Source: an uncultured Actinomyces sp.
GTDB lineage: Bacteria > Actinomycetota > Actinomycetes > Actinomycetales > Actinomycetaceae
DNA: 64,000 nucleotides
Reading direction: 5' to 3'
NCBI GenBank assembly: GCA_964346745.1
Contig: CAYFWE010000002.1
Location: 30,570-94,569 of the forward strand
Each line of letters begins with the position of its first letter. Position 1 is the first letter of the stretch. The translations under genes and the position numbers were made by a program. The notes beneath the pieces were generated by a model. The model saw only the letters and a program-made list of their open reading frames with translations. It did not search any database and had not been told where the DNA came from. This document shows positions 29,877 to 42,258 of this stretch, piece by piece.

Positions 29877-30433
29877 CAGGACGCGGCTTTCTTCGCGCGG
29901 CGACGAGCTAATTCATCAAGGCCAATAACGTCACGGTTGTGCTCTACCGGGAACTCGGCCAGAGTCCCCTCGATTTCGCGCCACACCCGTCCAACTGCAA
30001 TGCCGAAGACACCTTGTCCGCCTTGGAGCAGGTCGACAATCTCATCTGGTGAAGAGCACTCGTAAACGGAAGCGCCGTCGCTCATCAAAGTTATGGAAGA
30101 CAAATCGTCGATGCCACGTTCGGCAAGCCGCTTTACTGCGATCCGCACCTGCTGCAGCGAGATCCCCGTGTCGAGTAGTTTCTTTACCACCTTGAGAACC
30201 AAGATGTCTTTGAACGAATAGAGTCTTTGACTTCCCGATCCCGAAGCCACCCTGAGGCTTGGTTCGACCAAACCTGTGCGCGCCCAGTAATCGAGTTGCC
30301 TGTACGTGATCCCCGCAGCCTCGCAAGCAACGGGTCCACGGTAGCCGGCAGCGGCACCGATATCGGCTAAGGGATCACCGAAAAGCATGGGTTGGCGCGC
30401 CTGGCCGGCATTCGCAGAAACCTCTGAACTCAC
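29876..30433 (-). CDS. MerR-family transcription regulator (Rv1830-like, by synteny from memory)
   Basis: MerR HTH ACEAAGITYRQLDYWARTGLVEPS...RLYSFKDILVLKVVKKLLDTGISLQQV. An AGGAGA SD precedes the GTG start. Confidence 0.75.
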   Translation of the reverse strand: MSSEVSANAGQARQPMLFGDPLADIGAAAGYRGPVACEAAGITYRQLDYWARTGLVEPSLRVASGSGSQRLYSFKDILVLKVVKKLLDTGISLQQVRIAVKRLAERGIDDLSSITLMSDGASVYECSSPDEIVDLLQGGQGVFGIAVGRVWREIEGTLAEFPVEHNRDVIGLDELARRRAKKAAS

Positions 30434-30591
30434 GGTGTCTCCTACCTCGTCGTCAGCGGGACCTCAGATCCCACAATAGTCATCTCGGGTGCTGGCGCGC
30501 AGCAACTGTCTTAACGATAGTCCCCTTTTTGCCATCTAAGCCTCAAGCTGAGGTTTAGGGCTTGGGCGTGTCGGAAGACCTATCTGAGGTG

Positions 30592-31365
30592 CTACTCCCC
30601 CAGCGATTCGACCGCTATCTGCAGAAATGCGGCGTGCAGTGCTGCCGAATGCTCGGCCAGCTCCTCCGCCTGGGCACGTGCCCTTTCCCGATCACCGGGC
30701 CGATCTCGGCGTGTTGAAGATGAGACAGCCTGATCAATAATGTCCGCTGCGCGCTCTGCTCCCGACCGGATAGCCCGGAGGTTGCGGGCTGGCAGGCCGG
30801 AAGCCACCAGATCGTTTATGAGTCGAACCGCACGCACGGCTCCCCCTGGAAAGTGCCCGCCCAAGTCCGGGGAAATCAAACCGAGCTTCACATACAGCTC
30901 GATCTGGTCCCGACTACTTCCTGTTAGCTCCCCTAGTTCACGCACCGTGACAGTCCGGCCGTGGCTGGGCGCCACGGAAACGCCATCGGAAGACACGAGA
31001 CGGGCCCTAGGCGTCGGGGCCAGATCGTGCCCGGCATCTAGTGCCTGTAACTCTTCGCCTATCACTCGCAGCGGTGCATAAGAGTCCCGCTGCTTGGCCA
31101 ATATGAAACGGATGCGTTCCACATCAGCCTGGGAATACTTGCGGTAGCCGGCTGCTGTCCGGTGTGGACTAACCAGCCCTTTGTCTTCCAAAAAGCGGAC
31201 CTTGGATACGGTCGTAGCTGGGAATTCTTTCTCAAGAACTTTGACGACTTGCCCGATAGCCATGATCGGCTCGCGGGACACCCCGCGTGGCCACGGTTGG
31301 GCTTCCTCTGGTTCGCGTGCTTGGCGTTTATGGGCGGCGGCGCCACCGTTGAAAGCGCGCGCCAC
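30592..31365 (-). CDS. MerR-family regulator, FtsR-like (Cg1631/Rv1828 family, from memory)
   Basis: IGQVVKVLEKEFPATTVSKVRFLEDKGLVSPHRTAAGYRKYSQADVERIRFILAKQRDSYAPLRVI, plus a second HTH-like repeat. It lies immediately downstream of garA. The start could instead be at the internal MAIGQV. Confidence 0.7.
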   Translation of the reverse strand: MARAFNGGAAAHKRQAREPEEAQPWPRGVSREPIMAIGQVVKVLEKEFPATTVSKVRFLEDKGLVSPHRTAAGYRKYSQADVERIRFILAKQRDSYAPLRVIGEELQALDAGHDLAPTPRARLVSSDGVSVAPSHGRTVTVRELGELTGSSRDQIELYVKLGLISPDLGGHFPGGAVRAVRLINDLVASGLPARNLRAIRSGAERAADIIDQAVSSSTRRDRPGDRERARAQAEELAEHSAALHAAFLQIAVESLGE

Positions 31366-31838
31366 TACTGTGCTGGTGAGGGGTGGTAGGTGAGACGGTA
31401 CTTGCCGATCTGCACTTCATCCCCGGCGTTCAGATCCGCCTGGTCCACGCGCTCACGGTTTACATAAGTGCCGTTCAGCGCACCTGAGTCGCGCACCATG
31501 TGTTTGCCATCTTTAGCCACAAACTGGCAGTGTTTGCGCGAGACAGTTACATCGTCTAGGAAGATGTCGGAAGATGGTGACCGGCCCGCATTGGTGATTT
31601 CTTGATCAAGCAAGAAGCGAGCTCCCGAGTTGGGTCCGCGCTGCACAATCAGTAGCGCACTACCCTTGGGAAGCGCATCCACCGCGCTTTGATCACGCGC
31701 CGAAAGTGGCAGGCGCGGCGAATCCGAAGGCTCCACCTCTTCAGCGGCCCCGAAAAACGCAGTGCTTGTCGGGTCAAAAGTTGCGTTGTCAGCCACTTTG
31801 TCGTCCTCCTCCGCCGCCCGACGCTTTCGCCGGGACAC
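31365..31838 (-). CDS. garA: FHA-domain regulator GarA/OdhI
   Basis: C-terminal FHA domain (GRSPSSDIFLDDVTVSRKHCQF...VRDSGALNGTYVN). The N-terminal Thr cluster DPTSTAFF resembles the phospho-acceptor motif. Confidence 0.85.
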   Translation of the reverse strand: MSRRKRRAAEEDDKVADNATFDPTSTAFFGAAEEVEPSDSPRLPLSARDQSAVDALPKGSALLIVQRGPNSGARFLLDQEITNAGRSPSSDIFLDDVTVSRKHCQFVAKDGKHMVRDSGALNGTYVNRERVDQADLNAGDEVQIGKYRLTYHPSPAQ

Positions 31839-31916
31839 TAAGCTCTTATCATCCTATCGACATTTTTCGGTTGAGCGACACATTAGGGCATTGAATTACG
31901 GCAGGATGCGACGCAC

Positions 31917-32807
31917 TCAGTCGACTGCCGGTCTTGCCCACTGCGGAACGAAGTCGGGTGCGACAGCAGTAATTTCAAGATGATCACGAGCCTCTGTAGT
32001 GACCGTCGCGCCATAGGCTCTGAATTGTGCCACCGCTCCCCCACGGATTTCCAGTGCTACTGCAAGTGTGTTGCTCTCCCCAATTGCTCGCCAGACATAG
32101 GGTGATGTAAGCGGGACCCCATCGGCCACGACCGTACCATCCGGTTCCGACGCAAACCATGATCTGGCATTCAGTCGTACGTCGTTGATGGAGATGCTCT
32201 CTGCTCCAGCATTTCTGAGCTCCGCGAGCGTGGTCGTAAACACAGAAACAGGGATGGGCGCGGTCGGTGATGAGACACGCATTACCGCGCCCGGCCCTTC
32301 GACCGGAACTGTGCCGGCCGCAATTTGTGCCTGTTCAGTGGCCTGCGCCACCGCTTCTTTCGCAGCCTCTTGCGCATCCGATGCTTCTTTGAGGTCGGCG
32401 AGCTGATTTTGCAGGTTTGTACGTTCGTCGCGTAGCGATCGTTCGGTCTGATCTAGATCTGCGAGGAGTGCGACCAGTTGGTCTTCATTGAGGCCCGATA
32501 GTGGGTCTGCGGCCTGCGTACGTACTGTCGTAGTGACAGCAAAACCCAAGACTAGGAACATAACGAAGAGAAGAATGTGTAGCCCGCGGGGTCGGGAAGA
32601 GAGCGAGTTCAGGAACGTACGTAGGGTCAGTGTGCGCTGGCGGTCATTCGGAACCCGTCCCTTGGCAGAGGGATTGTCTTGTTCGAGGGCGCCGAAAATG
32701 CCGGCCGCCGGCGGTGTTGGTGAAAATGGAGCCGGCTGTTCGTCCGTGGCGCGCTGCGCGCGTTTCCTGTGCCGCCCTTCTTTGCTGTGGTTAGCCATCC
32801 GCCCCAC
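31917..32807 (-). CDS. DUF881-family membrane protein (division/cell-wall cluster)
   Basis: N-terminal TM helix, a coiled-coil segment, then VEGPGAVMRVS...LRNAGAESISINDVRL...SPYVWRAIGESNTL. Confidence 0.75.
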   Translation of the reverse strand: MGRMANHSKEGRHRKRAQRATDEQPAPFSPTPPAAGIFGALEQDNPSAKGRVPNDRQRTLTLRTFLNSLSSRPRGLHILLFVMFLVLGFAVTTTVRTQAADPLSGLNEDQLVALLADLDQTERSLRDERTNLQNQLADLKEASDAQEAAKEAVAQATEQAQIAAGTVPVEGPGAVMRVSSPTAPIPVSVFTTTLAELRNAGAESISINDVRLNARSWFASEPDGTVVADGVPLTSPYVWRAIGESNTLAVALEIRGGAVAQFRAYGATVTTEARDHLEITAVAPDFVPQWARPAVD

Positions 32808-33140
32808 CTACGCCTTGAATATCAAGCGCCGGATAGAAGCCGAGTTACTGAAGATACGTATACCTAAGACGACAATCACAGCGGTCGTCATAGCTCCTCC
32901 CACGCCTAGCTGGATTCCGAGGAAAACTAAGAAACAGGCGATGAGCACGTTCCAGAAGAATGAGGCAATGAAGACTCGGTCCGAGAAGATTCCTTCCAGC
33001 CATGCCCGAAAAGCACCGAAGAGAGCATCTAGAGCAGCGACCACTGCGACTGGTAGGTATGGCTGTAGAGAGGATGGGATAGAAGGCTCGAAAAGCAGTC
33101 CGGCAACGATACCGATGATTAGGCCGAGCATAGCGATCAT
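32808..33140 (-). CDS. sbp: Small basic membrane protein (Sbp/DUF1290)
   Basis: 110-aa polytopic ORF (LQPYLPVAVVAALDALFGAFRA...) sandwiched between two DUF881 genes, as in Bacillus and mycobacterial clusters. Confidence 0.75.
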   Translation of the reverse strand: MIAMLGLIIGIVAGLLFEPSIPSSLQPYLPVAVVAALDALFGAFRAWLEGIFSDRVFIASFFWNVLIACFLVFLGIQLGVGGAMTTAVIVVLGIRIFSNSASIRRLIFKA

Positions 33141-33164
33141 CGTGGGCTCCTCTCTGTGTGGACT

Positions 33165-34022
33165 TTACCCCGTTTGTGCAGGTAGAACGGTTGAGGCACG
33201 CAGCGCTAGTGCGGGCATTATTAGGTCATTTGCTCGGGTAGCGCTGATAGATACCCCGGTGGCTCGCTCAATCTGACGAATTTGCTCTGCGCCGCTCCCC
33301 TCCTTTAGGGAGGCCATTAGCGCTGGCGGATCGCCGATGGCTTCCAAGACATAGGGGGGCGAAACGGCGACTAAGTTCACCAGAATTGCGTCTCCTGCGT
33401 AGCGCACGGACGTGGCGGGTCCGACCCGATTTCCGTTAATCGACATTGCTTCGGCTCCGCCTTCCCACAGTAGATTTTTTAGGGCGCGCAAATCGGTGTC
33501 GCGGAATGTGGCAGGTCGAGTGGCTGTGGCCAGACCTGAAGATTCCGACACTGACAGTACGACGCCGGGACCGCTGACTCTGGTTGTCCCTGCGCTCAGT
33601 GCCCAGCCAGAATCTCGATCGACGCTGGCACCTTCGAGTACTTCTAGGGCACGGATTTGCGCTTCCAACGACTCGGTTTGTTCTGTTAGGTGGTCTACAC
33701 GCATTTGTCCGTCGCGTACCTGGGTCGCCAATACTGCTCGTGGACTCATTTCTTCGGCGGCGCGCCAAGTGCGCATGCCGATGACCGCTGCAGTGGACGC
33801 GAAAGCCAGAATTATCGTGGCGAGTAGTACAAAGAGGCGCCGTGGAACTGAAGGGGATGGGCGAGGTGCCTGCGCGGCATCAGCGTATGCCGGGTCCAGC
33901 GCGTACCGGTCGATATTGCGCAGTAGAAGCATGGACGCGGCTGGGTCGCCGTGAGCGGCCTTGACAGCGGCGACACCCGTGGTTGGCGGGGCGCTATCGG
34001 TCGGTGGCTTCTCTTCTACCAA
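33165..34022 (-). CDS. DUF881-family membrane protein
   Basis: VSGPGVVLSVSE...LKNLLWEGGAEAMSINGNRV...PPYVLEAIGDPPAL, with one N-terminal TM helix. Confidence 0.75.
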   Translation of the reverse strand: MVEEKPPTDSAPPTTGVAAVKAAHGDPAASMLLLRNIDRYALDPAYADAAQAPRPSPSVPRRLFVLLATIILAFASTAAVIGMRTWRAAEEMSPRAVLATQVRDGQMRVDHLTEQTESLEAQIRALEVLEGASVDRDSGWALSAGTTRVSGPGVVLSVSESSGLATATRPATFRDTDLRALKNLLWEGGAEAMSINGNRVGPATSVRYAGDAILVNLVAVSPPYVLEAIGDPPALMASLKEGSGAEQIRQIERATGVSISATRANDLIMPALALRASTVLPAQTG

Positions 34023-34081
34023 TGCAGCACCCCCAATTCTGTGTGTGTGTCGCCATGGCCTACCCAGCCTAAGATGGGCGT

Positions 34082-35680
34082 ATGGCTTCTATTTCCCAGA
34101 TCCGTCCTCAGACTACTGCTATCGGCTTGGAACAGGCACTCCGCGGTGCCGGTAAATGGCGAATATGGACATCGGAGGACGGTCTGATCGAACCGTCCAA
34201 GACAATGAAAGACCTACCGGTCAGTGGAGTTTCGGTTAATACTGGGGATCTTGATGTTGACTGGGCGTTCGTAGGGGTTCCGGGAGCGCAAAGACACGGT
34301 GCCTCTTTGGCAGAGGTTGCTCGCTTGAGTGGTGCCGCTGTGATCGTCACGGATGAAGAGGGCGCTGAGTTAGCCCAAATGGCTGGCTTGCCAATAGCAG
34401 TGGTGGAAGATCCGCGCGCTACCGCCGCGATCATGGCGACCAATATTTACGCCGCTAGCCACGATCCTCTGGTCATCGTCGGGGTGACCGGGACTAACGG
34501 GAAGACAACCACCACCTACTTCATGAGGGCTGCTCTAGCTCCGTTCCTTGGCCGGATGGGTTTATTCGGCACTCTCGAGGTCGACACCGGGGACGTGTGC
34601 ATCACCGCGGAGCGGACTACGCATGAGGCTCCCGTTGTGCACCGAGCCCTTTCTGCGACCGCGGCTGCCGGCTTGCGGGGTGCGGTGGTCGAAGTGTCAT
34701 CGCATGCGATGTCCCTGGGGCGGGTTGAGGGCGTCGAATTCGATCTGGCGGTCTTCACCAACCTGCAGCATGATCATCTGGACTTTTACGAAGACAGCAT
34801 GGACCTTTATTTCGACGCGAAGGCCATGCTGTTTGAAGAAGGACGCTCCCAACAGGGAGTTGTAGCCGTCGACGACGAGTATGGGCGCCGTCTTGTTCAG
34901 CAAGCTGCAATTCCTGTCCAAGCAGTGCAGGTACTGACTGACGATGCTCCCGACCTAGGGGATGTGCCCCTGTGGAAAGTTCGAAATGTGACGGCAGATC
35001 CAAAATTGGGGGGAAACCGGTTCGACCTCGTTGCGCCGGACGAACAAGTCTGGAAAGCAGCCTGCCCCATTCCTGGACTGGTAAATATCCAAGATGCGGC
35101 GCTTGCGATCGTGGGTGCGCATGCCTTGGGCGTCCCCTTAGAAGATGCCATTGGCGGCGTCGAAACGGCTCCTCCTGTTCCTGGACGTATGGAATGGGCA
35201 AGTATCAGTCCTGATCGACCCACTGTGCTCATTGACTACGCTCACACACCAGAGGCGTTGGAGCGTTTACTTCTAGACATTCGGCCGCTGTCCGATGGGG
35301 ATCTGGTGTTGGTGTTTGGAACCGACGGCGATCGTGATGCTACGAAGCGTGTCCCTTTGGGACAGGTGGCCGGGAGTTTGGCGGACGAGATTTGGGTTAC
35401 TGATGAGAATCCGCGCTGGGAACCTGCGCCCAATATGCGGGCAGAGCTGTTAGAGGGGATCACCCAGGTGAGACCGGGTCTAGAGCGGGTCACCGAAATT
35501 ACAACGAGTAGACGCGACGCGATCAGAGAAGCGATCTTGGCTGCTTCGCCCTCCGACATCGTAATCATTGCGGGTAAAGGGGCTGAGCCTTACCAAGAGA
35601 TACGCGGTGTTAAGCATGCGCAGCTCGATTCTGCAATCGCCAGTGAAGTACTTGCTGCCTACCCCACACTCAATAAGTGA
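34082..35680 (+). CDS. Mur ligase, MurE-like (UDP-MurNAc-L-Ala-D-Glu:diamino-acid ligase family)
   Basis: Motifs [35 protein letters not shown] and TDENPR. It is not flanked by other dcw genes in this window. Confidence 0.75.
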   Translation: MASISQIRPQTTAIGLEQALRGAGKWRIWTSEDGLIEPSKTMKDLPVSGVSVNTGDLDVDWAFVGVPGAQRHGASLAEVARLSGAAVIVTDEEGAELAQMAGLPIAVVEDPRATAAIMATNIYAASHDPLVIVGVTGTNGKTTTTYFMRAALAPFLGRMGLFGTLEVDTGDVCITAERTTHEAPVVHRALSATAAAGLRGAVVEVSSHAMSLGRVEGVEFDLAVFTNLQHDHLDFYEDSMDLYFDAKAMLFEEGRSQQGVVAVDDEYGRRLVQQAAIPVQAVQVLTDDAPDLGDVPLWKVRNVTADPKLGGNRFDLVAPDEQVWKAACPIPGLVNIQDAALAIVGAHALGVPLEDAIGGVETAPPVPGRMEWASISPDRPTVLIDYAHTPEALERLLLDIRPLSDGDLVLVFGTDGDRDATKRVPLGQVAGSLADEIWVTDENPRWEPAPNMRAELLEGITQVRPGLERVTEITTSRRDAIREAILAASPSDIVIIAGKGAEPYQEIRGVKHAQLDSAIASEVLAAYPTLNK

Positions 35681-35693
35681 GGAGAGTTACCAG

Positions 35694-37175
35694 ATGACCG
35701 AGCTTCCAAATGATGAAGAGTTAAAACCTGTCGAAGACGATGCTCTGCGCCTAGAAGCAATGCGGGCGGACCTAGACCAATACGAGCTGGACGAAGAGGA
35801 TCTCGCACTCCTCGAAATGGACCTCTCGGACGCAGAATTTGAGCGGCTAGATTCCGACCGACCAGTCGTAGCCGTAATCGGAAGACCAAATGTTGGTAAA
35901 TCCACGTTGGTGAATCGCATTATCGGCCGACGTGAAGCGGTCGTCCAAGATACTCCAGGGGTGACGCGAGACCGAGTTTTGTACGACGCCGAGTGGGCTG
36001 GACAAGACTTTGTTCTCGTTGATACCGGGGGCTGGGAAGTTGACGTTAAGGGTCTAGACCGCCAAATCGCGCAACAGGCGGAATTGGCAATTGAACTGGC
36101 TGACGTAGTCATTTTTGTAGTCGACAGCAACGTCGGGGCCACCTCAACCGACGAACGCGTTGTGCCCCTGCTTCGCAAAGCAGGGAAGCCGGTGGTTCTG
36201 GCCGCTAACAAAACCGATTCGGCCCAGCAAGAAACGGATGCCGCTTACCTATGGTCCTTAGGTCTTGGTGAACCATTCCCGATTTCTGCCCTCCACGGAC
36301 GCGGGGTGGGCGACATGCTAGATGCCGTCCTAGAAGCCATGCCAGAAGAGCCCGCCCACCCAACCAAAGTGCGGCCGTCGTCCATTCGCCGCGTCGCATT
36401 GGTAGGCCGCCCCAACGTTGGTAAGTCATCACTTCTCAATGCCCTCGCCAAAGAAGATCGCGCGGTTGTACACAACATGGCTGGTACGACCCGCGACCCC
36501 ATCGATGAGATTGTTGAAATCGATGGTCAGGAATGGGAGTTCGTTGACACGGCTGGAATCAAACGTCGCCTGCACCGCACGACCGGCGCGGATTATTACG
36601 CGTCGCTACGCACCCAAGCCGCGTTGGAGCGGGCAGAGGTCGCGCTCGTCCTGATTGACGCTTCGGTCGCCTTATCGGAGCAAGACGTTCGGGTCGTGCA
36701 ACAAGCGGTGGAAGCCGGACGCGCGTTAGTCATTGTCAACAACAAGTGGGACTTGGTAGACGACGAGCAACGGGTCAGCCTGTTGCGCCAAGAGTCAAAA
36801 GACTTGGCTCAGGTGGATTGGGCGCCACGCATCAACCTGTCAGCAAAAACGACCTGGCACCTGAATCGCATTACACGCGCTCTGGACACAGCACTGCAGG
36901 GTTGGGAAACGCGCGTTCCGACCGGGAAGCTCAACGCATTCTTCGGTCGCCTCGTATCTGCCCATCCGCACCCTCTGCGCGGTGGAAAACAGCCACGCAT
37001 CCTCTTCGCGACCCAGGTTGCTACCTGCCCACCGCGATTCGTGCTCTTCACCACCGGATTCCTGGAGGCTTCATATCGGCGCTTCATTCAACGTCGACTT
37101 CGCGAAGAGTTCGGTTTCGAAGGAAGTCCGATCCAACTATCGGTTCGCGTGCGAGAACGGCGAGGACGCAAGTAG
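35694..37175 (+). CDS. der: Ribosome-assembly GTPase Der (EngA)
   Basis: Two tandem G domains ([12 protein letters not shown] and [12 protein letters not shown]; DTPG/DTAG; NKTD/NKWD) plus a KH-like C-terminus. A GAGGAGAG SD precedes ATG 35694; the ORF opens at 35568 inside the previous gene. Confidence 0.9.
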   Translation: MTELPNDEELKPVEDDALRLEAMRADLDQYELDEEDLALLEMDLSDAEFERLDSDRPVVAVIGRPNVGKSTLVNRIIGRREAVVQDTPGVTRDRVLYDAEWAGQDFVLVDTGGWEVDVKGLDRQIAQQAELAIELADVVIFVVDSNVGATSTDERVVPLLRKAGKPVVLAANKTDSAQQETDAAYLWSLGLGEPFPISALHGRGVGDMLDAVLEAMPEEPAHPTKVRPSSIRRVALVGRPNVGKSSLLNALAKEDRAVVHNMAGTTRDPIDEIVEIDGQEWEFVDTAGIKRRLHRTTGADYYASLRTQAALERAEVALVLIDASVALSEQDVRVVQQAVEAGRALVIVNNKWDLVDDEQRVSLLRQESKDLAQVDWAPRINLSAKTTWHLNRITRALDTALQGWETRVPTGKLNAFFGRLVSAHPHPLRGGKQPRILFATQVATCPPRFVLFTTGFLEASYRRFIQRRLREEFGFEGSPIQLSVRVRERRGRK

Positions 37176-37967
37176 ATGTACCACAGCTATATCGCGGTGG
37201 GTGACAGCTTCACCGAGGGTCTGGGCGATGAACGGCCAGACGGCACACTTCGCGGCTGGGCTGACCGGGTTGCCGCTGGATTGGCGAACCAGGCCCTCGA
37301 TGCCACCACTGCGGAGGACGAAAAGCAATTCCGTTACGCAAACCTAGCGATTCGGGGCCGGAAATTGGAGCCGATTGTCTTGGAACAGCTGCCGCCGGCA
37401 ATCTCCCAGCAGCCCGATCTGATTTCTTTTAACGGCGGTGGCAACAACATGCTGCGGCCACACTTCGAGGCGGCCGCGTCGGTTGATGAGAGTTTCCGTG
37501 CGGTGGACCGGATTCGTGAATCTGGTATCCACGTGCTCGTCCTTGCCGGCCCTGACCCGGTGAATAACCTGCCGTTGGGCAAGATGATTTCTGAGCGGGG
37601 CCGAATGTATACGGAGCTCGCAGCTGAGCGTGCTGCCAAGACCGATGGCATCACATTTGTCGACAACTACCACGACCGGGCATTTGAAGATTCCACCTAC
37701 TGGTCACCCGATGGGCTGCACTTATCGACAGCCGGACACCTGCGCGTCGCGGCCAACTGCTTAGATGCGTTGGGAGTCCCCTATCCTTCCTGGTGGCCGG
37801 ACCCTCGTGATCCTGAGCCAGACCCTAAAGACTATGGGTCCAGAGAATATCTGCGAACGCACGTGGCGCCGTGGGTTGGACGCCGGCTCACTGGGCGTTC
37901 TTCCGGTGATGGGCGCATTGCGAAGCGCCCACTGCTCACGCCTTTTGACCCATGGATGGATGGTTAG
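37176..37967 (+). CDS. SGNH/GDSL-family hydrolase
   Basis: Block I YIAVGDSFTEGLGD, block III FNGGGNN, and a C-terminal D..H context (SPDGLHLS). The ATG directly abuts the der stop (TAGATG). Confidence 0.75.
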   Translation: MYHSYIAVGDSFTEGLGDERPDGTLRGWADRVAAGLANQALDATTAEDEKQFRYANLAIRGRKLEPIVLEQLPPAISQQPDLISFNGGGNNMLRPHFEAAASVDESFRAVDRIRESGIHVLVLAGPDPVNNLPLGKMISERGRMYTELAAERAAKTDGITFVDNYHDRAFEDSTYWSPDGLHLSTAGHLRVAANCLDALGVPYPSWWPDPRDPEPDPKDYGSREYLRTHVAPWVGRRLTGRSSGDGRIAKRPLLTPFDPWMDG

Positions 37968-38064
37968 GCGTCCGCATATTGGCGCCCATCCTGAGCCTTC
38001 CTGCACTTTGACACACTGACCACCATTGAATCTCTATTCTTCGCTTCATTCCTAGGGGGATGTC

Positions 38065-39126
38065 TTGCCCACACCGCAGACTTTCGGCCTGATTCATCAC
38101 TACCGCCAGTGGCTTCCCATCGCCGATAACGATCCAGTTATTAGTCTTGGTGAAGGCGGAACTCCGCTTGTCTACTGCCGAGAGATCTCTCGGATGGTGG
38201 GAAACGAAGTGTGGGTGAAAGTTGAAGGGGCCAACCCCACGGGCTCTTTCAAAGACCGTGGGATGACGGTTGCCGTGTCCATGGCGGCAGCTCGCGGAGC
38301 GAAGGCAGTTGTTTGCGCTTCGACGGGCAATACTTCTGCTTCGGCCGCGGCTTACGCGGTTCAGGCAGGAATGACACCGGTGGTTCTGTTACCGGCGGGA
38401 AAGATCGCTAAAGGAAAGCTTGCACAGTCGATCGTTTACGGGGCACGGATCGTACAGATCGACGGTAATTTCGACGACTGTTTAGAAGTGGCTCGTAAAC
38501 TGGACGAAGACTACCCGATTGCGCTGGTTAATTCGGTGAATCCTGATCGGATTGAAGGCCAGAAAACCGCTGCGTTCGAGATTATCGATCGCCTCGGCGA
38601 CTCTCCTGACATTCATATGCTCCCCGTGGGTAATGCTGGGAACATCACCGCGTATTGGAAGGGATTTCAAGAATATCGGGACGCGGGGAAAGCAACGAGG
38701 CTGCCGCAAATTTGGGGGTTTCAAGCAGCCGGGGCTGCCCCATTCGTCCTCGGCCATCCCGTGACTGACCCCGAAACGATCGCGACGGCGATTAGGATTG
38801 GTAACCCTGCATCTTGGAATCAGGCCGTTGCCGCGCGAGATAATTCTGGGGGAAGGATTGAAGCCGTCACGGACGAGCAGATCCTTGCCGCTCAAGCGCT
38901 TCTGGCCAGCAAAGAAGGGGTGTTTGTCGAACCCGCTTCCGCTGCGGGCGTGGCAGGTTTGTTGGCCGCCTCAGAGGATGGAAGTTTACCAACCGGTAAG
39001 ACAATCACCATTACGGTAACCGGAAACGGGCTTAAGGATATTGACGCGGCGCTGCTGGGTCGTGAAGTGATCACGGAAGTTCTGCCCGCAGATGTCGCCC
39101 AAGTTGCGGATAGTTTGGGATTGTGA
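38065..39126 (+). CDS. thrC: Threonine synthase
   Basis: PLP-lysine motif [10 protein letters not shown] plus [12 protein letters not shown] and [10 protein letters not shown]. Confidence 0.9.
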   Translation: MPTPQTFGLIHHYRQWLPIADNDPVISLGEGGTPLVYCREISRMVGNEVWVKVEGANPTGSFKDRGMTVAVSMAAARGAKAVVCASTGNTSASAAAYAVQAGMTPVVLLPAGKIAKGKLAQSIVYGARIVQIDGNFDDCLEVARKLDEDYPIALVNSVNPDRIEGQKTAAFEIIDRLGDSPDIHMLPVGNAGNITAYWKGFQEYRDAGKATRLPQIWGFQAAGAAPFVLGHPVTDPETIATAIRIGNPASWNQAVAARDNSGGRIEAVTDEQILAAQALLASKEGVFVEPASAAGVAGLLAASEDGSLPTGKTITITVTGNGLKDIDAALLGREVITEVLPADVAQVADSLGL

Positions 39127-40055
39127 CCCAGACTGTTCCGGTCGGCCGCCGTTGCCGCGTGCGTACTTGCGCCACTAGCGCGAATTTAGGGCCTGGCTTC
39201 GACGCACTGGGCATTTCCCTGGACTGGTACGACGAAGCGGAAGCAGAGATCACCGACGGGGGCGTCGACGTTAGTGTGACAGGGCAGGGCGAAGGTGACT
39301 TGCCTACGGATGGGCGCCACCTCGTCGTCTCGACTCTCTTGGATGGGTTGTCCCGGCTCGGGTTGTCTGTGCCTGGGATCCGCTTCAAATCCCACAACAC
39401 CATCCCTTTGGCCCGCGGATTAGGATCATCATCCGCGGCAATAACTGCCGGGCTGGGTCTCGCCTGGGGGCTGGCCTACCCGAACGTCGCATTGGATCGG
39501 GACTGGGTTTTCGATGTCGCCGTTAACATCGAGGGTCACCCAGACAACGTCGCCCCGGCAGTTTACGGGGGTTTCAACATCGGATGGCAAACGCCGGGCG
39601 GGGTTTGGAGGGCGGTTCCGTCCCCAGTCCATGACGACATTGTGGCTACCGCATTGGTTCCTGAACAAGTTCTCGAAACTACTTCGGCGCGCGCAGCGAT
39701 GCCGGGCAATATTCCTTTTTCTGATGCAGTTGAGAACTCGGCCCACGCAGCTCTACTAGTTCATGCTCTTCAACACAGCCCGGAGTTGCTACTGCCCGCA
39801 ACTGAGGACCGCCTGCACCAGCAATATCGTGCGGACCTTTATCCTCGGTCTTTGGCTCTGGTCCAAGATCTGCGTGACGAGGGCCTGGCCGCCTGCATCT
39901 CTGGGGCAGGACCGACAATTTTGGTGTTGCACTCCAGAAGCCAAAGTGCCTTAGTAGATGTGACACTTGAGCAAGTCTCCGCACGCAATCCCGCCTCGGT
40001 CGGTTTTGCAGCCCATCGCCACAACATTGGCAATGGGCTGCAAATCATCGGCTAG
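39123..40055 (+). CDS. thrB: Homoserine kinase
   Basis: GHMP motif [19 protein letters not shown] 39123 overlaps the thrC stop. Confidence 0.9.
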   Translation: MTQTVPVGRRCRVRTCATSANLGPGFDALGISLDWYDEAEAEITDGGVDVSVTGQGEGDLPTDGRHLVVSTLLDGLSRLGLSVPGIRFKSHNTIPLARGLGSSSAAITAGLGLAWGLAYPNVALDRDWVFDVAVNIEGHPDNVAPAVYGGFNIGWQTPGGVWRAVPSPVHDDIVATALVPEQVLETTSARAAMPGNIPFSDAVENSAHAALLVHALQHSPELLLPATEDRLHQQYRADLYPRSLALVQDLRDEGLAACISGAGPTILVLHSRSQSALVDVTLEQVSARNPASVGFAAHRHNIGNGLQIIG

Positions 40056-40064
40056 AGGTACGCG

Positions 40065-41709
<1,645 letters not shown>

Positions 41710-41742
41710 GGCGCCCCAGTCTAGCTAGTCAGTCCAGTTCGG

Positions 41743-42246
41743 TTAGTCGAGTTCGAGCGCTTCGAGAACGAGGTCGTAGTCGGGTTCTTCCTTGATCTCT
41801 GGCACTTGCTGCGTGTAGCTAACCGTGCCATCGGGTTCGACGACCACCACCGCCCTCGACAAGAGGCCATTGAGGGCGCCCGTCTTCATGGCCACGCCAT
41901 AGTCGTCACCAAAAGAGGATCGGAATGCCGAGGCGGTCACCGCGTTCTCGATACCGTCAGCCCCACAAAAGCGTTCGAATGCAAACGGTAGGTCCTTTGA
42001 CACACACAGCACCGCCGTATTGGGCAGTTCGGCTGCGATCTGGTTGAAGCGGCGGACTGACATGGCACAAATTCCTGTGTCTACAGACGGGAAAATGTTG
42101 AGGATCAGCCTCTTGCCCGCAAAATCTTCCTTGGTGACTTCCGTCAGGTCATTCTTGACTAGGACGAAGTCTGGCGCATCGCTCCCCTTTTCGGGAAGAG
42201 ATCCGACGGTTTCAATCTGTTCACCTGCGAGAGTTATTTCTGTCAT
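41743..42246 (-). CDS. tpx: Thiol peroxidase (atypical 2-Cys peroxiredoxin Tpx)
   Basis: NIFPSVDTGICAMSVRRFN (peroxidatic Cys) and CVSKDLPFAFERFCG (resolving Cys). Confidence 0.9.
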   Translation of the reverse strand: MTEITLAGEQIETVGSLPEKGSDAPDFVLVKNDLTEVTKEDFAGKRLILNIFPSVDTGICAMSVRRFNQIAAELPNTAVLCVSKDLPFAFERFCGADGIENAVTASAFRSSFGDDYGVAMKTGALNGLLSRAVVVVEPDGTVSYTQQVPEIKEEPDYDLVLEALELD

Positions 42247-42258
42247 AGGTCTATAGTC

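Noticed and set aside
32488-33276. 262-aa plus-strand ORF spanning the DUF881/sbp/DUF881 genes
   Set aside because: It runs antisense across three well-supported minus-strand genes and their junctions. The sequence is low-complexity and Arg/Ser-rich.
35568-35693. Upstream extension of der into the murE-like gene
   Set aside because: A strong GAGGAGAG SD precedes ATG 35694, and the extension overlaps the 3' end of the preceding gene in another frame.
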